Below are positions 38,611 to 51,180 of a DNA stretch of 64,000 nt, piece by piece. The translations under genes were made by a program, and so were the position numbers. This DNA is from Botryllus schlosseri (lineage: Eukaryota), in contig CM119372.1 of assembly GCA_051294905.1 (NCBI GenBank), forward strand, positions 14,882,001-14,946,000, written 5' to 3'. Below the pieces are notes generated by a model, which searched no databases, was not told the origin of the DNA, and saw nothing but the letters and a program-made list of their open reading frames with translations. Within the stretch, counting starts at the first letter, position 1; each line of letters begins with the position of its first letter.

Positions 38611-40057
38611 TTAAAAGTCCGCTGCTCGCCGTCATATTAACTTTGCCGCAACGATAGGTCTTCGCATCTCATTCGAGTTATACCATATGGCATGGCCGAC
38701 AGATTATACCTCTGATCGTTAATGTTCGTTCCTTGTATTTATCCTCGGTACACGAATACTACATTAATGCCTTCAAGTTCAAATTATTCCACCTCACATT
38801 CCCAACATTTTTTCTACGCTTTCACGTCAAATTATATTTGTGTTAAATGCACTTGTTCCTTATGAGATCAAGTGTACTTCCATAAAATTTATGCTTCGTC
38901 ATATTCAGACTTTTTACTCTTCTATGTCTCATATTCTCTCGAATTACATTCAGTGTTCCCCGTGTAAAGTAGGTATCTACTGCATCTGAACCCAAAATTT
39001 GATAAGCTGATTACTAATTAAAGGTCGACACGTTTGCCCAGACTTATTTACGGCCTGTTTTGGAGGCTGATTACGTTCAACATCTTCGCGAACCCCAGAA
39101 TAAAGGCAAACTACCCACAGGCTTATAGCTTGTTCTCTAAATGAATGTTATTTTTATTTATTTTTGATCGCATTTTTTGCTAGGGTAGTAGTCTCCATAT
39201 TAAAACCAATAATCGGGATACTAAATCGCGCACGGCGCGAAGAAAAATTTCATGTAGCATGAATCTGCCCAAAAATAATATTGTTTATGTTGATTTGGAA
39301 AAAAATTATGAGCTTACTTCAAAGTTCCGGACATTTGGACATATTTTGGAAATTCCTCCCAGAAGCAGTTTTAACATTGAAATTCTGGACGTGTCCGGGA
39401 AATTCAGGACGTATGGCAACCCTATGATAAACCAAACTTCTGGGCTTCGCCCCCCAGGCCCCGACCCCCATCCGTCTCTCCGTATTTGCACCGACATTTG
39501 TTAGACTGTTTGTATGGTGCAATACAAAGTGCGAAGCACGAAAAAATTATCAAATTCATGATTCAATCGGCCAATATGATCGGGAAACTGCATAGTTGCA
39601 ATCAAATTTGATCCTCTCTCTGCCCACGCAATCAGATTTACCGGTAGAGCTCAGTGAGGTGTGTCTCGGAAAATGTAGGGTCCGTAAAAAAAAAATTAAA
39701 CATATTCGGGCGGACCCGTTGGCATGACATATGGTTACAAGATGTTATTTCGTGACTTCAAGTCCAAGTTAAAGTTTATTCATAAAATTTCATCTTTTCA
39801 AAACATCACAAGACTGCAATAATACTACGAATGGTAGGAAGATGCCGGAACGACTAGGAGTAGTCTTTGGAGATCAGATCTCCTGTCTGCTATCTCAAAA
39901 GACATTGAAATCGCCCAAACGTGTACTAAACTAAAAGACGCACACAATTTCAAATTGGTATTTCTGCACGGGCCAATAATTTCACTCTGCGGAATGGTAT
40001 TTGTCTCGTGGGGTTCAGATTGCCAGGACAGAAACATATTCGGCCGCAGCCATTTAG

Positions 40058-40864
40058 GCGGTTCCTTACCAATACCGAGAAAACCATGACCGAGAATGGA
40101 CATTACCGAGGATGCAATTTCCAAGAATAGACATTACCGAGAATGGACACCACCGAGAATGGATATTACCTAGGCTTATAGGCTTACCATACGTCCTCTT
40201 TTAAGAGGATTTGTCCTCTTTTTTGACTTTTTTGAAAGTGTCCTCGGAGGACGCCCTTTTGTCCTCTTTTTTGAGATTTTGTCCTCTTTTTTGAAAATTT
40301 AGGTCAGATTTAGAGAAAATTGCGAGTGATATGCCGCAAATTAGCGCAGAAGTGAAGCTCCGGCGGGTATTTCGGAGGGAAAAGTGGTGATTTCAGCTCT
40401 GAGCGAGAAGAAGACCTTTTTTTTTTTTTTTTTTTTTTTTTAGTCAACTGATCATGAAGTGGGAAAAATTTACCGGTTTTTGAGAATTCTTCTCCAGTTT
40501 TGCATGTCTGAAATTTCTGAAAAAGTGTCCTCTTTTTTCATTTCCGAAATATGGTAAGCCTAATATTACCGAGAATGGCCAATGCCAAGAATCGAACTTA
40601 TACTGGGACGGACGATGTCGAGATATTGATACCCGAAAATCGATACCGAATGTGGCAACACCGTGATGCACAATTTTACATACACAGGACCTGTAGATAT
40701 GCATAACATGACTGCATTGTATATATTGCATTCTCGGCGATGTTCATTCTCAGTGGTGTCCATTCTCGGTAATGTCGTCCATTTCTCTGTGGTGTCCATT
40801 GTCGGTGGTAATGTCCATTCTCGGTGGTATTCATTCTTGGTAATGTTTTTGCGGCATTGACCGG
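40058..40864. mobile_element. 'ccgagaatggacattacc'-repeat foldback MITE with a nested hAT MITE (40171-40562)
   Basis: Short ccgagaatggaca repeats on the left are inverted on the right. The inner TIR taggcttaccata/tatggtaagccta has the 8-bp TSD atattacc (40163-70, 40563-70). Confidence 0.75.
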
Positions 40865-41172
40865 ACACCCTTTTAGGCGCATATGGACAATTAAAGAATT
40901 ATGTTTATTGTACATATATCGACGGCCTAAATTAAAGGTCAACTGCATCTTCATGACAACTTTGCGGAATCATGTTCAGAATCATAACGAAATTACCGAC
41001 TTTCCGTGTTTCAACTCAATCGGAAATTGCCGTAATTTTGACTGAAAGTTCCAATATTGGCATGTTTACAGAAAAAGCAGAATGTGCATTGTGACGTCAA
41101 GTGAGTGACACATATCATCAACACCGGTCACAGCGGCTGTTTGTGTTCTCGCAGTTTTTATTCTAGTCAGTT

Positions 41173-41870
41173 ATGGCCGAGGTTTCCATTGTAACGGATT
41201 TTCCAAGTGATATTGAGACTGAGTCCGAGTACTCGGATGTCGAATGTAAGTATCATTTTTGCACGTACTTACAAAATTACCGTTTAAATGCCGGATTGGT
41301 TCAGGTGTTGATGCGCTCGATCCCACGTCAGTGGAACCCCTTGCAGCTTCATATGATGGGTCATGATCAGCCTAGCTTGCTCAGCGCGAGCCATGCACTC
41401 GTCGAGACTACATGAAATACAGTTGTATATATAGTCTGTAGTGTAATAGCTCGTTTCAGTCATGTATTTTGATATCTGATATCTTGATAAGTTTTTGCTG
41501 TAAGGAGGTTCCGAGAGTTATTGACAGAATTGAAGTGTATCACAGAATTGCCAGGATGCAATTCAGTGTGTCTGGACGTTGACGTATTGCAGATGTCCTA
41601 CTATGGATATCAATAGGAATATGGCTGCAGAATAATAACATCGAGTTCAATGCATGAATGGGATGAGTCTCTGATTCGGTTGCCAAATACTTTTCTCGCA
41701 CTTACACACTTGTTTTCACTTTTCAGGAAGTTGAAACATACTGCCTACAGAAATTGTGTTCGCTGGGTATGGAGATTCTGTGGCAAAACCAGCGGAAAAT
41801 CCTGTCTGCATGCGTTGTTATTGCTGTCCGAACAAAATTTACGTCGAATTCTTACAAAGGATTCCAGTTC
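41173..41870 (+). pseudogene. KolX-like accessory protein of the Kolobok element (Cys-rich, P2X7 C-terminal-like), disrupted
   Basis: The first exon reads MAEVSIVTDFPSDIETESEYSDVE and is followed by gtaagt. Later fragments read CCKEVP..., CITELPGCNSVCLDVDVLQ, AYRNCVRWVW..CGK and RKILSACVVIAVRTKF..YKGF. They are interrupted by frameshifts and a stop. Confidence 0.7.
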
Positions 41871-41989
41871 AGTAACGCCACATTGTGAATGTACAGTTGT
41901 ATTCCAAATAATGAACGCATATAACTCATCGACCAAAATAACTACTGTGTCAGGCATATCGGTTTTTATGTCGGTCGGGCAATAGCTTC

Positions 41990-43365
41990 CTCTCTGCTGA
42001 TTTTGATTATGCTGCTAGTCAGAGGAGGTGGAACGGTCTCAGCACAATCGCTCAACTCAACAGTTTCTGGTCCAGTTCTGATGAGTGCTTGAACTTCTTC
42101 GACAAGCTCATTGCAGTAATCTAGAACAGGCATAACAATATGACGAAATCTTATGATGCAGTCGGATCAACGGCAGTTACCAAATGTTGAATTTTCAAGT
42201 ATCTTGTGGACCGTACATTCCCCATTTTTGTACTTCGGGTATTTGACCGCGGTGCTCCTTCTTTCGACATTTTCTGAGTTTTCGAGCAATTTTCATTGAA
42301 ATGCAGGATTGCCAACTGCATCCTACAAAAAATGCATAATTGATGAGGCTAGTAATTATGCCAAAATCTGATATAGGTTGTTTTGAATAGCCGAGACACT
42401 GCAAGGTACCTACCTGACTTTTTGACTGAAATATGATTGTAGTGATATAACTTTGGGCAGAAATGATTGAGGAGGGCATTGAATGATTCACTTCCAGCAT
42501 TGTTTCCATTCGGCGATAGATGGCGTATGTCATTTTTCATTCGCGTGGAGTAGAGAACATCGCAAATCTTTCATATACCAATGAATCTGAAAATGGATTG
42601 TCATAATGGTAAACAACAGAATCAAAGATGCTATTCATTGTAACTTAAATTTAGGCCTATATGTGTCATGTATATATGCTGAATGGAGCAGTTTGTTTCT
42701 TTTTGATACAGTCAAGTAGGCTATTTCATCTTTAAAGGATGTAGTAGGCTATTTCATCTTCAAAGGATGTAACGGCATCTACACTACCCGTAAATCAAAA
42801 TCTGGAGTATGAGCAGTATGTGCAGTCTTGCTTGATTCTCAGTGTGCTACCTAAACCAGACTCTTGCACGTCCGACTCTGATTGACACATTGGACAATGT
42901 TGAAAAATGCTCACCAGCCTATTTTTGTCCACAATCACGAACTGGGTCTTGCTATTCTCCGGAGTGGAATTGGTGGCAACGTCACGCAGGATTTTTTGTT
43001 TAATTCCTTAATTATTCTATATAGAAAAGCTCTCATCACGCAGGATTTCTTTCAAAAAATGGACAGAGATTCCATATAGGGCTATTCTCCAGACATTCCT
43101 CTGAATCTGAATGCCTGCAAATCAATATCTTGGTGAAGACTTGGTACAAATATGATTACACTGTTCAAGTACTCACTCTGACTCGATATCTAACTCTGTT
43201 GGATGGAAGCTATCATCACTTGACAGGGATTGGATATCACTTTCACAGTCTTCATAATCCTCTCCAGCAATAGGGTTTGGACAGCGATGAAAAGACACTT
43301 TGGGTACCGAATATCGCGTATTCGAGCAACCATACGCGACACCAGATGTACCTCCGTGCCTCATC
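41990..43365 (-). pseudogene. Kolobok THAP-DDE transposase remnant
   Basis: THAP-like N-terminus, an acidic linker (SSDDSFHPTELDIESE), DIRHLSP..N..ESFNALLNHFCPK and LAILHFNEN-like fragments. Most of the catalytic core is missing. Confidence 0.65.
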
Positions 43366-45511
43366 TTCTTCATACCTTCCATATTCACAATCAAATCCAG
43401 TATCAAAATCAATCCCAACACTAATAACTATCTGTTTACCACACTGAGCTGTACCAAGACTTTAGCCGTGTCACTCACATGACGTCATTTCATAGCTGAA
43501 TGATTTCATATCCGTTTTTCAGCTTTTCGATTTATAATTTAAATTACTTGAAAACTATCATGTAATTTCAATTTTTATTATTTTATTTATATTTCTAACC
43601 ACATAACGTACGATATAAGGCAAAGTCATTTTTAAGATGCAGTTGACCTTTAAGCTTCATATGTTTTGGTGCGTCGTGGCGCGGTAATGGCCGACGCCGA
43701 AATGCTCATTTCTATAAATCATGCGTATTTTTTCTCGGACGAAGGGTACCCAATAATCTATTAAATCGCGCACGACGCGAAAATTTTTCTAAAAAATTGC
43801 ATACATTTTCAAAAAAAAATACTCTATAATTTGTGTTAATTCACGAAATAGTCTTGGGCCCCTTCGAGCTCGGACCCCTCAATTGAGGGGTTTGGGGTGC
43901 GGTAGTTACGGTCCTGCTTGTATCTCAAAATTGTGGTTTTTAAAACGGATTAAAAATACCCTTAAAATGAACATACAGGGTCACGAGCGGCTAATCTTAT
44001 GATATGAAAGAACACTAGTCATCATGCTCCACTGCGTAATTTATGCGTTGGCAAACGGCGCAGAACTCATTGGATTGACGGATACGCGATACGGTAGTTT
44101 TGTGTTCTGGAAGGTGGTTCAAATGGGTAACAGTTGTGCTAGTTGGCTCTCTTCCGTTTGAACGGATTATTCGTTATTTTGCAGGATGATTCGACAACGC
44201 AAGGTAACTACTGAACTTTACTAAAAATACCCAGTTGCTATTTAACCATGTATACGATACCTTATCGTATTGCATTGCCGCCGACTCGGGCCTAGGGCCG
44301 TTCAACTTTTGAAATAATATGACGCTTATAACCTCATAGTATACTGTACCTAGCAAATTGGCCTGAACAAGTGCTCAAATGAACCCTACTCGAATATGAT
44401 CAATTTCTGTCGCTTGCTCTAGTACGTATATATTAGAGTCCTTGAATTTCACAATTTCAACGGTTTACGTCTACACACTGTGGTATAAATTAATTTGATG
44501 TTGCTCATTTTCAAGCCGGGGGGTCCGCACCTTCCGGACCATCATCCAGTTTGATCTGATCCGTGACAAAAGTTTTTTATAATACCTAGTTGATTGTTGC
44601 CGGTATCGTTATTGCTTACTTCTGTACATGTGCGTGTGCTTGTGCACAAGCCAAGCATCAAATCATTTTATGCTCGGATGGAATCGCGGTACCTTTTCTG
44701 CAATTAAGCAAGATTTTCTTAGTGAAATTGTCATGAGAACCATGTTTCATGTGATATAGCACCTGTATCGCAGTAACTGAGTATAAATATTCAAAGCTAT
44801 TGCCTATCTTCTTGGCAGTGTCGTTAGTGATTTTTGATCAGTTGTGAAGATACTGGTAAATCATGCAATTCCACACCTCTGATTAACTGCTGAAACTATG
44901 CGATCCCTAGACCAAATCTGCTAGGTATACTTATCAGACCTTTCATTTTCCATCTCCCCTTGGAAGTATAGTTTTGATATGTCTTGGAAATTGCTACTTC
45001 TACTTGTAATTAAGCGGAATTTTATGGCGTTTGTTTCTATTTTTGCTTCGGTTGCAACGCTGGCGACACTGACCACCTCTACTTTGGACGCGGAAATGTA
45101 ACACTTTTCGTCTTGTTATCAAAATAGTTGAGTGGAATCGCATAGTGAAATTATTTTAACCCTCATGAGGTCTCTACTTGACCATTTATTGATTTCAGTT
45201 GTACAATATTGCTCAATGTGGTGCTGCCCACGGCCCACCTCGCCCTTCAATTTTTTGTTAATAGCCCTACAATAAAAAGGTCGTCCAAGTTTGTACTGTA
45301 GGTATTGGTAGACCGTACAAAAATATATTTTCAATTAGTCTACCCATTTCTTCTCTGAAGAGGAAATAACAGCTGGCATCTTGGGCGAACAATTTATGCA
45401 CGGAACTGTCCAGAAATTTATCAGGATCTCATCTCCGACAGGTGTGAATGGTTAAATTACCGTTAGTGCTGTTTTTGTGGTGACGCCATTGCACACTTTT
45501 GGAACCAGTAC

Positions 45512-47176
45512 ATGGATGGTAGCATCAATCAAGCGCCCTTGAATGAGGGTAATGATACAGATGGTCAAGCTATTCACTCGATATTACCAGGAACTGTTGT
45601 AATGTTTGACGATCCTGAAGGGTTATGTTTTCCACGCAAGCTTGACGTCACAGATGTAGACTCTGCGTTTTCCGGAAACACGTTTCAATGCAGTGAATGT
45701 GGCAACAAGTATACGAGATCAACAGATTTATTGAACCATTTACATACTCACTCCCAAAGCGAGCACACGTCGTCTCTACTCAATCGCAACATTTTGAATC
45801 TGACTCAGAATACACAAAAAGACGATGTGGTGGATCAAGACGGCGCGTCTGGATTGAGCTTCGAAAAACTTGTAGGAATGGTGGAATCCGGGACTGGGTC
45901 AGAGGTATACCAGGTGGTCCAGGTGACCAATGACGGCAACTTGGCTGGGCATTTGAACAACAATGTAGAATCGGGTGCCTTATCGATAGAAATGGTGAAC
46001 GAAGAAGACAAAGTAGCAACAGTTTATGATGACGATGCTGATGCAGATTGTGATCTAACTGCTTCTGAGAAAGTCGATGAAACGGAAGAGCTGTCCACAA
46101 GCATGAGGACGTCAACTTACTCCGAAACGGATCAAGCCAATTTTTCATCGATCGTGAATTCCTGCATTCGTCAGATGACAGTTTGCGTAAAAAAAGAGTG
46201 CGAAAACGCGGATGGTGACTCGACATCATCGAAAAAGCAGCCGTTGAGAAACATTTTGAAAAGCTCAGTCGTATATCAATGCGAAGCGTGCGATAAAATC
46301 TATGAGAAGAAATCAAATTTTGAAAGACACGTGAAAACCGCTCATACTGCGAGTCTCCGCTGTGGCGAATGTGACAGAGAATTCACCATGTCAACCGGTT
46401 TGCAGCAACACATTAAAAGAGTCCACGGCTCCCACATTCACACTTGCCATCACTGTCTGGAGACGTTCCCGACGCAGGCCGATTTGATACGCCACCGGAA
46501 AACGCACAGAGGAAGGCCCTCGGTGACTTGCGACGAATGCGGCGAAAATTTCATTTACAAGAAAGACCTCAAAAATCACGTCAGAGAGATGCATAAGGAA
46601 ATACCGCGCATAACAAACGAACCGCCCGTCGTGATATCCGATTACGTTATCACGGACGAAGGAAAGCCTGCGTCGATTTTTCGTTGTAATTTATGCAGTC
46701 GGGCGTTCAATCTAAAGACCGACTTGCTCAGACACTTTTTGGTGCATTCCGGGGAGAAGCCCTTTGCGTGCGACATGTGCGAATCGCGCTTTAACAGAAG
46801 GAGTAATTTATTGCGGCATCGCAGATCGATGCATAATATTATCGACGAAACCGAGTCTTTCCGGTACAGAAAAAACGACTTGCGCCAAAGGCGATATCAG
46901 AATAAGGATCTCTGGCAGATTGAATCCGAGGCACTTGCCGAGGAAGAAAGGATTATTCAACAACAGGAAATGACGGAAAGGAGAATTCAAGAATGGGTGA
47001 ACGACCAGCAATTTTCCGATGAGGATTGCGTCGCCATCGATGAGGAAGAGCAAGATTACGACGATCTCTCTTCGGTTATTATGGACAATCAGGGAATTCC
47101 CAAGTCGGGCGTCGAACTTTCAATGCTACAGCCCGATGAGAAAATAACTGTGAGAATTTTAACGTTTGATAGTTGA
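45512..47176 (+). CDS. C2H2 zinc-finger protein, 554 aa, 7 fingers, uninterrupted ORF
   Basis: Seven CxxC-x12-HxxxH/HxxxxH fingers: one N-terminal, a cluster of four and a pair joined by the canonical linker HSGEKPFAC. The flanking regions are acidic. Confidence 0.9.
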   Translation: MDGSINQAPLNEGNDTDGQAIHSILPGTVVMFDDPEGLCFPRKLDVTDVDSAFSGNTFQCSECGNKYTRSTDLLNHLHTHSQSEHTSSLLNRNILNLTQNTQKDDVVDQDGASGLSFEKLVGMVESGTGSEVYQVVQVTNDGNLAGHLNNNVESGALSIEMVNEEDKVATVYDDDADADCDLTASEKVDETEELSTSMRTSTYSETDQANFSSIVNSCIRQMTVCVKKECENADGDSTSSKKQPLRNILKSSVVYQCEACDKIYEKKSNFERHVKTAHTASLRCGECDREFTMSTGLQQHIKRVHGSHIHTCHHCLETFPTQADLIRHRKTHRGRPSVTCDECGENFIYKKDLKNHVREMHKEIPRITNEPPVVISDYVITDEGKPASIFRCNLCSRAFNLKTDLLRHFLVHSGEKPFACDMCESRFNRRSNLLRHRRSMHNIIDETESFRYRKNDLRQRRYQNKDLWQIESEALAEEERIIQQQEMTERRIQEWVNDQQFSDEDCVAIDEEEQDYDDLSSVIMDNQGIPKSGVELSMLQPDEKITVRILTFDS

Positions 47177-48921
47177 ATTTTGTGACCTGCGAGTATTTCT
47201 TCAATGCGACGCGTTCCTCCCTTGGTGTGATTTCCAGTAGAACGCGATTGAAGTCGTTTGAGAACTAATTTTAAAAATATGTGCATTAATGATGCACATT
47301 TACATCAACAACTGCTAATTTATTGCGTGAGCTTGGCTCGCTGGCTCTCTGTCATGCGAATTGAATTGTTTTGAAGTGAATATTCAACTGTGTGTTATGT
47401 TAGCGAAATATATATTCAATTCGGGAATTTTTTTTGACTGCATAGTGATCGTGTATCTAAGTTTATTTATATGGGCCAGATTGTGTTACGTTATGTTACC
47501 GATCAACTCTGAAAATGTGTTCACTTTTTGCGTTGTTGATGATTGTTGATTGCATATGAATTTACTGCCATCTAAGACAGAGCTATAAACTTTGACTTGT
47601 GTTTATGATATGAGATACTGGTTGTTATATATATGGTTCTGCAGCAGGAACTGGGTCGAATAAGGACGTTGTTGACAATCATAGTTTGTACCTGTCAACT
47701 ATATTGTATGCTGATGTTTTTAGGTGTACCTACAATGCTCCGCGCACATAGCATGTTTTTTGCTATGAAAAACATGAACCCAATAACTCAATAACTATAA
47801 CATAATGCTGTGATATTGAAAATTTCTTACAATGCTCAAGAAAAAGGGTGATCATCTTGTTGCAAGAGATTAAAATGATGCTAAATCAAATTATCAAGTC
47901 CAGATATATTTGGGCTCATTTAATGGGTTTGCAGATTGACTATCGTGCCAAGGCAAGCGCCACATTCGCAGCAGCTTATTGGTCTTTTTTATTTCATCCT
48001 TGAGTTACTGTGAAATAAACCTACTGTAGGTTATCTATTGAAGGGAGGTTGTGTGATTATGCGCAATTTTCAATTCTGAAATATCCAGACCCAGACAAAA
48101 TACAGTGACAATGTGGTTTTCTATGGTTGCTCTCTACAGTAGAAATCTTCTTGAAGCTCTGGGATTATCCTGACTGTATCTAAAAGAGGTTTCCATAGCA
48201 ATGATGAAGTTGATTGGCATTATGTAATGTTTGCTGTATGTGTTCTCTTTCTCAACACATGTTCGCTTGTTCAAATTCTCATTTGTAACATTTTTTGACC
48301 TCTCGGTATTATTCTTATTTTTCCTAGCCGTAGGAAATGAGGCTGCTAGTGGTTACTAGAATTGTTTGAAGAATATGAAGAATTGTTCATGCCTGATGAA
48401 GAAGTGTCAAGTCAGTCATGCAATCGTACATCACTGTCTGAGCTGTGATTCATTTGCAGATATGTGGAAATACATGTGGAAATACATTTGCAGATATGTG
48501 GAATTACTTTCAGATGCTATACCTACGCAGTGATCATTGAACTTTAATGTTATGTTACATGTGACTTATTACTTTTTAATTAATGTTCACAGCTGATTTT
48601 ATGTCTTATGCAAAGTTCGAAGCTTGGGTAGGCCTACGGTACGGTAGCAAATGTAACATTTTCACAATGGTACCTACTAATATTGATCGTTAAAAAATTC
48701 TGGCAAATCTTTTCGTATTGAATGCAGATCATTTCCTATTTATTGCATTCATAATCTGCAGTACCCTTATATGCAATGAGGATTTTATTTCCAACAAAAT
48801 TTATGGAGAGAAATTATGCCATTACTGATACTTGACCCTAGCCAAGTACAAAGAGTGTATTATCAATCTATGCATACTGTCAGCTAACTACCATTAGAAG
48901 GGTCCGTCGGCTATGTTGCAG

Positions 48922-50170
48922 CTATGTCAACTATGTCGATCATGGTCGTAGAGAGGGATATTAGGGTTGGTGGGTTTGGGTGAAGGTTGGGTTAGGGCAG
49001 TGGTTCTTAACCTAAGGGTAATTACCCCCAAAGGGGTAATTTACCAATTCTTGGGGGTAATTCGAATTGACGACGTTTTTTATATGCTTATAACACTGCA
49101 CTGAAGTATTTTTAAACAAAAATATGCAGGCTAACATATATTTTGCAAGCTTGTATATAGTTCGTTTTACTTAACACACGTTGCCGGCTGTGTTATCATA
49201 GTAACCATTAGTGATTTTGAGTAACAGGGCCGAATGTAGTTAAGTACAGTGGTGCTACGTATAAGTCCAATTTATTTTGCAGTAGTGTGGATCATATATT
49301 GTTGCGCAATGCACATGCTGACAAATTGGAAGACAACAAGGGGGCTTCTAGGTTTAGCTTTACACCTTTGATGCAATAACAATATCGTAGAAATATATTC
49401 GTTAGTATTGAAAACTGTAGTGGTGGTCTAGTCAGTATTAAAATTAAGTCTGCGAAATCATCAAATTGTCTTCGAAGAGACGATTTTGGAACTTTTTGGG
49501 TTCGCCTTGAAAATTATTAACGAATTGTTGTCATAATAATAACATTGAACTTTCTGATTGAATTGCTTCCAACTTATTTCTGTGAGGTAGGATTTCCAGC
49601 AATGGTATCTATAAAAACAAAATAAGATGTCTATACCTCCCCTTTGTCTAGATTTGACTACTGTACAACATGAAAACAGCATCAGCCTTCCCATTGACTT
49701 GATACTTTTAACATGCATTTCAGTGTACAAGTACATTATTACGTCTTCTTTGTGCTGTTTTACAAATAATTGAGTGCAAGCTGTTACTTGATACCTTTTG
49801 AAAGGGGGTAATTGCATCCCATCATTTTCTTCTTGGGGGTAACGACATGAAAAAGGTTAAGAACCACTGGGTTAGGGTATCCCAAGATCAGGGTTGGAGA
49901 TGGGTTTGAGTTGGGGTATCCCAATATTATGGTTAGGGTTGGGGGAGATCATGGTTGGATGTGGGTTAGGGTCAAAGGTAGAGTTCAGTTAGGGTATCCC
50001 GAGATTAGGGTGGAGGTGAGTGTCAGATGCTCTCGACCCTAATATCTGTCACCCCCAACTCTAATCTAGGGATACCCTGAACCCCAACCCACCTACAACC
50101 CAAATATCCCTCTTCCCAAACCCTAATATCCCTTTCCCACAACCCGACCATAGTCGATATAGTTGCATAG
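48922..50170. mobile_element. Foldback element with degenerate GGGTTA/TAACCC repeats, containing a nested hAT MITE
   Basis: Inverted termini ctatgtcaactatgtcgatcatggtcg / cgaccatagtcgatatagttgcatag. The repeats are G-rich on the left and C-rich on the right. Confidence 0.65.
48998..49869. mobile_element. hAT (Charlie-like) MITE
   Basis: TIR cagtggttcttaacc / ggttaagaaccactg, with a perfect TSD ggttaggg (48990-97, 49870-77). Confidence 0.9.
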
Positions 50171-50874
50171 GTCGCTTGCAAGAAAAATTTCCATATTCGG
50201 ACCTGGGATGTGTGAAAATATATGTTAAATCTTATTTGATAGTCCCATGTTCACCGGAGTTCTACAAGCCAGTGGATTTTCCAAATGCGCAATTACAACT
50301 ACTCACTGAAATCCCGCAACTAGAACTGGAACTCACGGCCTTTAACAAACTACAACTAACTAACTAAAACACAGCTTTAACTAGATTCAATTCTCAAACA
50401 ACTCGTCAATTTTTATTGAGTCAAGAAATATTGGAGATATTTCGCACTGCACTGTTAGTAGTAATGACTCTGCGCTAGATATGCCTGGAAGAACATTACA
50501 CAACAGAACATGATAAATGACGACGCGTGTTTTCTGTTTGTCCGGCAACTGAATTTTTTATAGGCACAACTAAAACTACTCAAAAAAACGGTAGTTAGTT
50601 GACGGTGAATTTACTGGATTGGTAGTTTGTAGAAATCTGACGCCCTCTGCAAAAGACTTCTAAGTTGTTGAATTTAGTAAGCTCAGTCAGTCAATAACTG
50701 TTATAAACTGCGTTTTGAAATTGATAGTTCCCTTTTCTACCTGCCTTGAACGCTGGCAATACAGTGATTACCAGGTCACGTCTCCAGCGATTCCCAGGAG
50801 CCTGCCTATTGCTCCATGTCCAATATTATATTCGTTTCAGACTCAGTATTCAGTAAATAACTATTCTCGTTATC

Positions 50875-51180
50875 ATGTCTTCCCCTGCCAAGGAATCTGG
50901 ATTGAAGGCCGGCCATGCCCCGGCGACCAAAGTAGGAGGGATGCGGGTGAAAGCCCCAAGGCAGCACGAAGAAAAAGTGTCGAAGGAGGACGCGGCCTCC
51001 CCATGGGAAACCGAAGGGGCGGTACAGGAGGAACAAACCATTGTTGTGGCCGGGGCCAAGACCCACGGCGATAAAGACTTCCCGCCGGCCGCGGTTAAAG
51101 TCGCTCACGAAAAACCGTTGGCGTCCATGACAAAACCGGCTCCAAAGCAGCAGAATCAAGTTATCCACCAACCTCGCTAG
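50875..51180 (+). CDS. DAP: Death-associated protein 1 (DAP1/DAP family), 101 aa
   Basis: MSSP start, KAGHAPATKVGGMR, GDKDFPPAAVKVAHEKP and C-terminal IHQPR match the conserved DAP1 blocks (human KAGHPPAVKAGGMR, GDKDFPPAAAQVAHQKP, IQQPRK). Confidence 0.93.
   Translation: MSSPAKESGLKAGHAPATKVGGMRVKAPRQHEEKVSKEDAASPWETEGAVQEEQTIVVAGAKTHGDKDFPPAAVKVAHEKPLASMTKPAPKQQNQVIHQPR

Larger units (their letters stand above)
40936..43649. mobile_element. Kolobok-superfamily DNA transposon, decayed and internally deleted
   Basis: TIRs aggtcaactgcatctt / aagatgcagttgacct are flanked by TTAA on both sides (40932-35, 43650-53), with AG...CT termini. The minus strand has a THAP-like start (VAYGCSNTRYSVPKVSFHRCP, ~43270-43365) and a transposase C-terminal motif (ESFNALLNHFCPK, ~42450-42490). 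The plus strand has a convergent KolX-like ORF. Confidence 0.85.

Noticed and set aside
40932..43653. piggyBac assignment because of the TTAA TSD
   Set aside because: The termini are AG...CT rather than CC...GG, and the THAP plus convergent KolX-like content fits Kolobok.
45780..46316. 178-aa antisense ORF
   Set aside because: It is a shadow of the zinc-finger CDS on the opposite strand.
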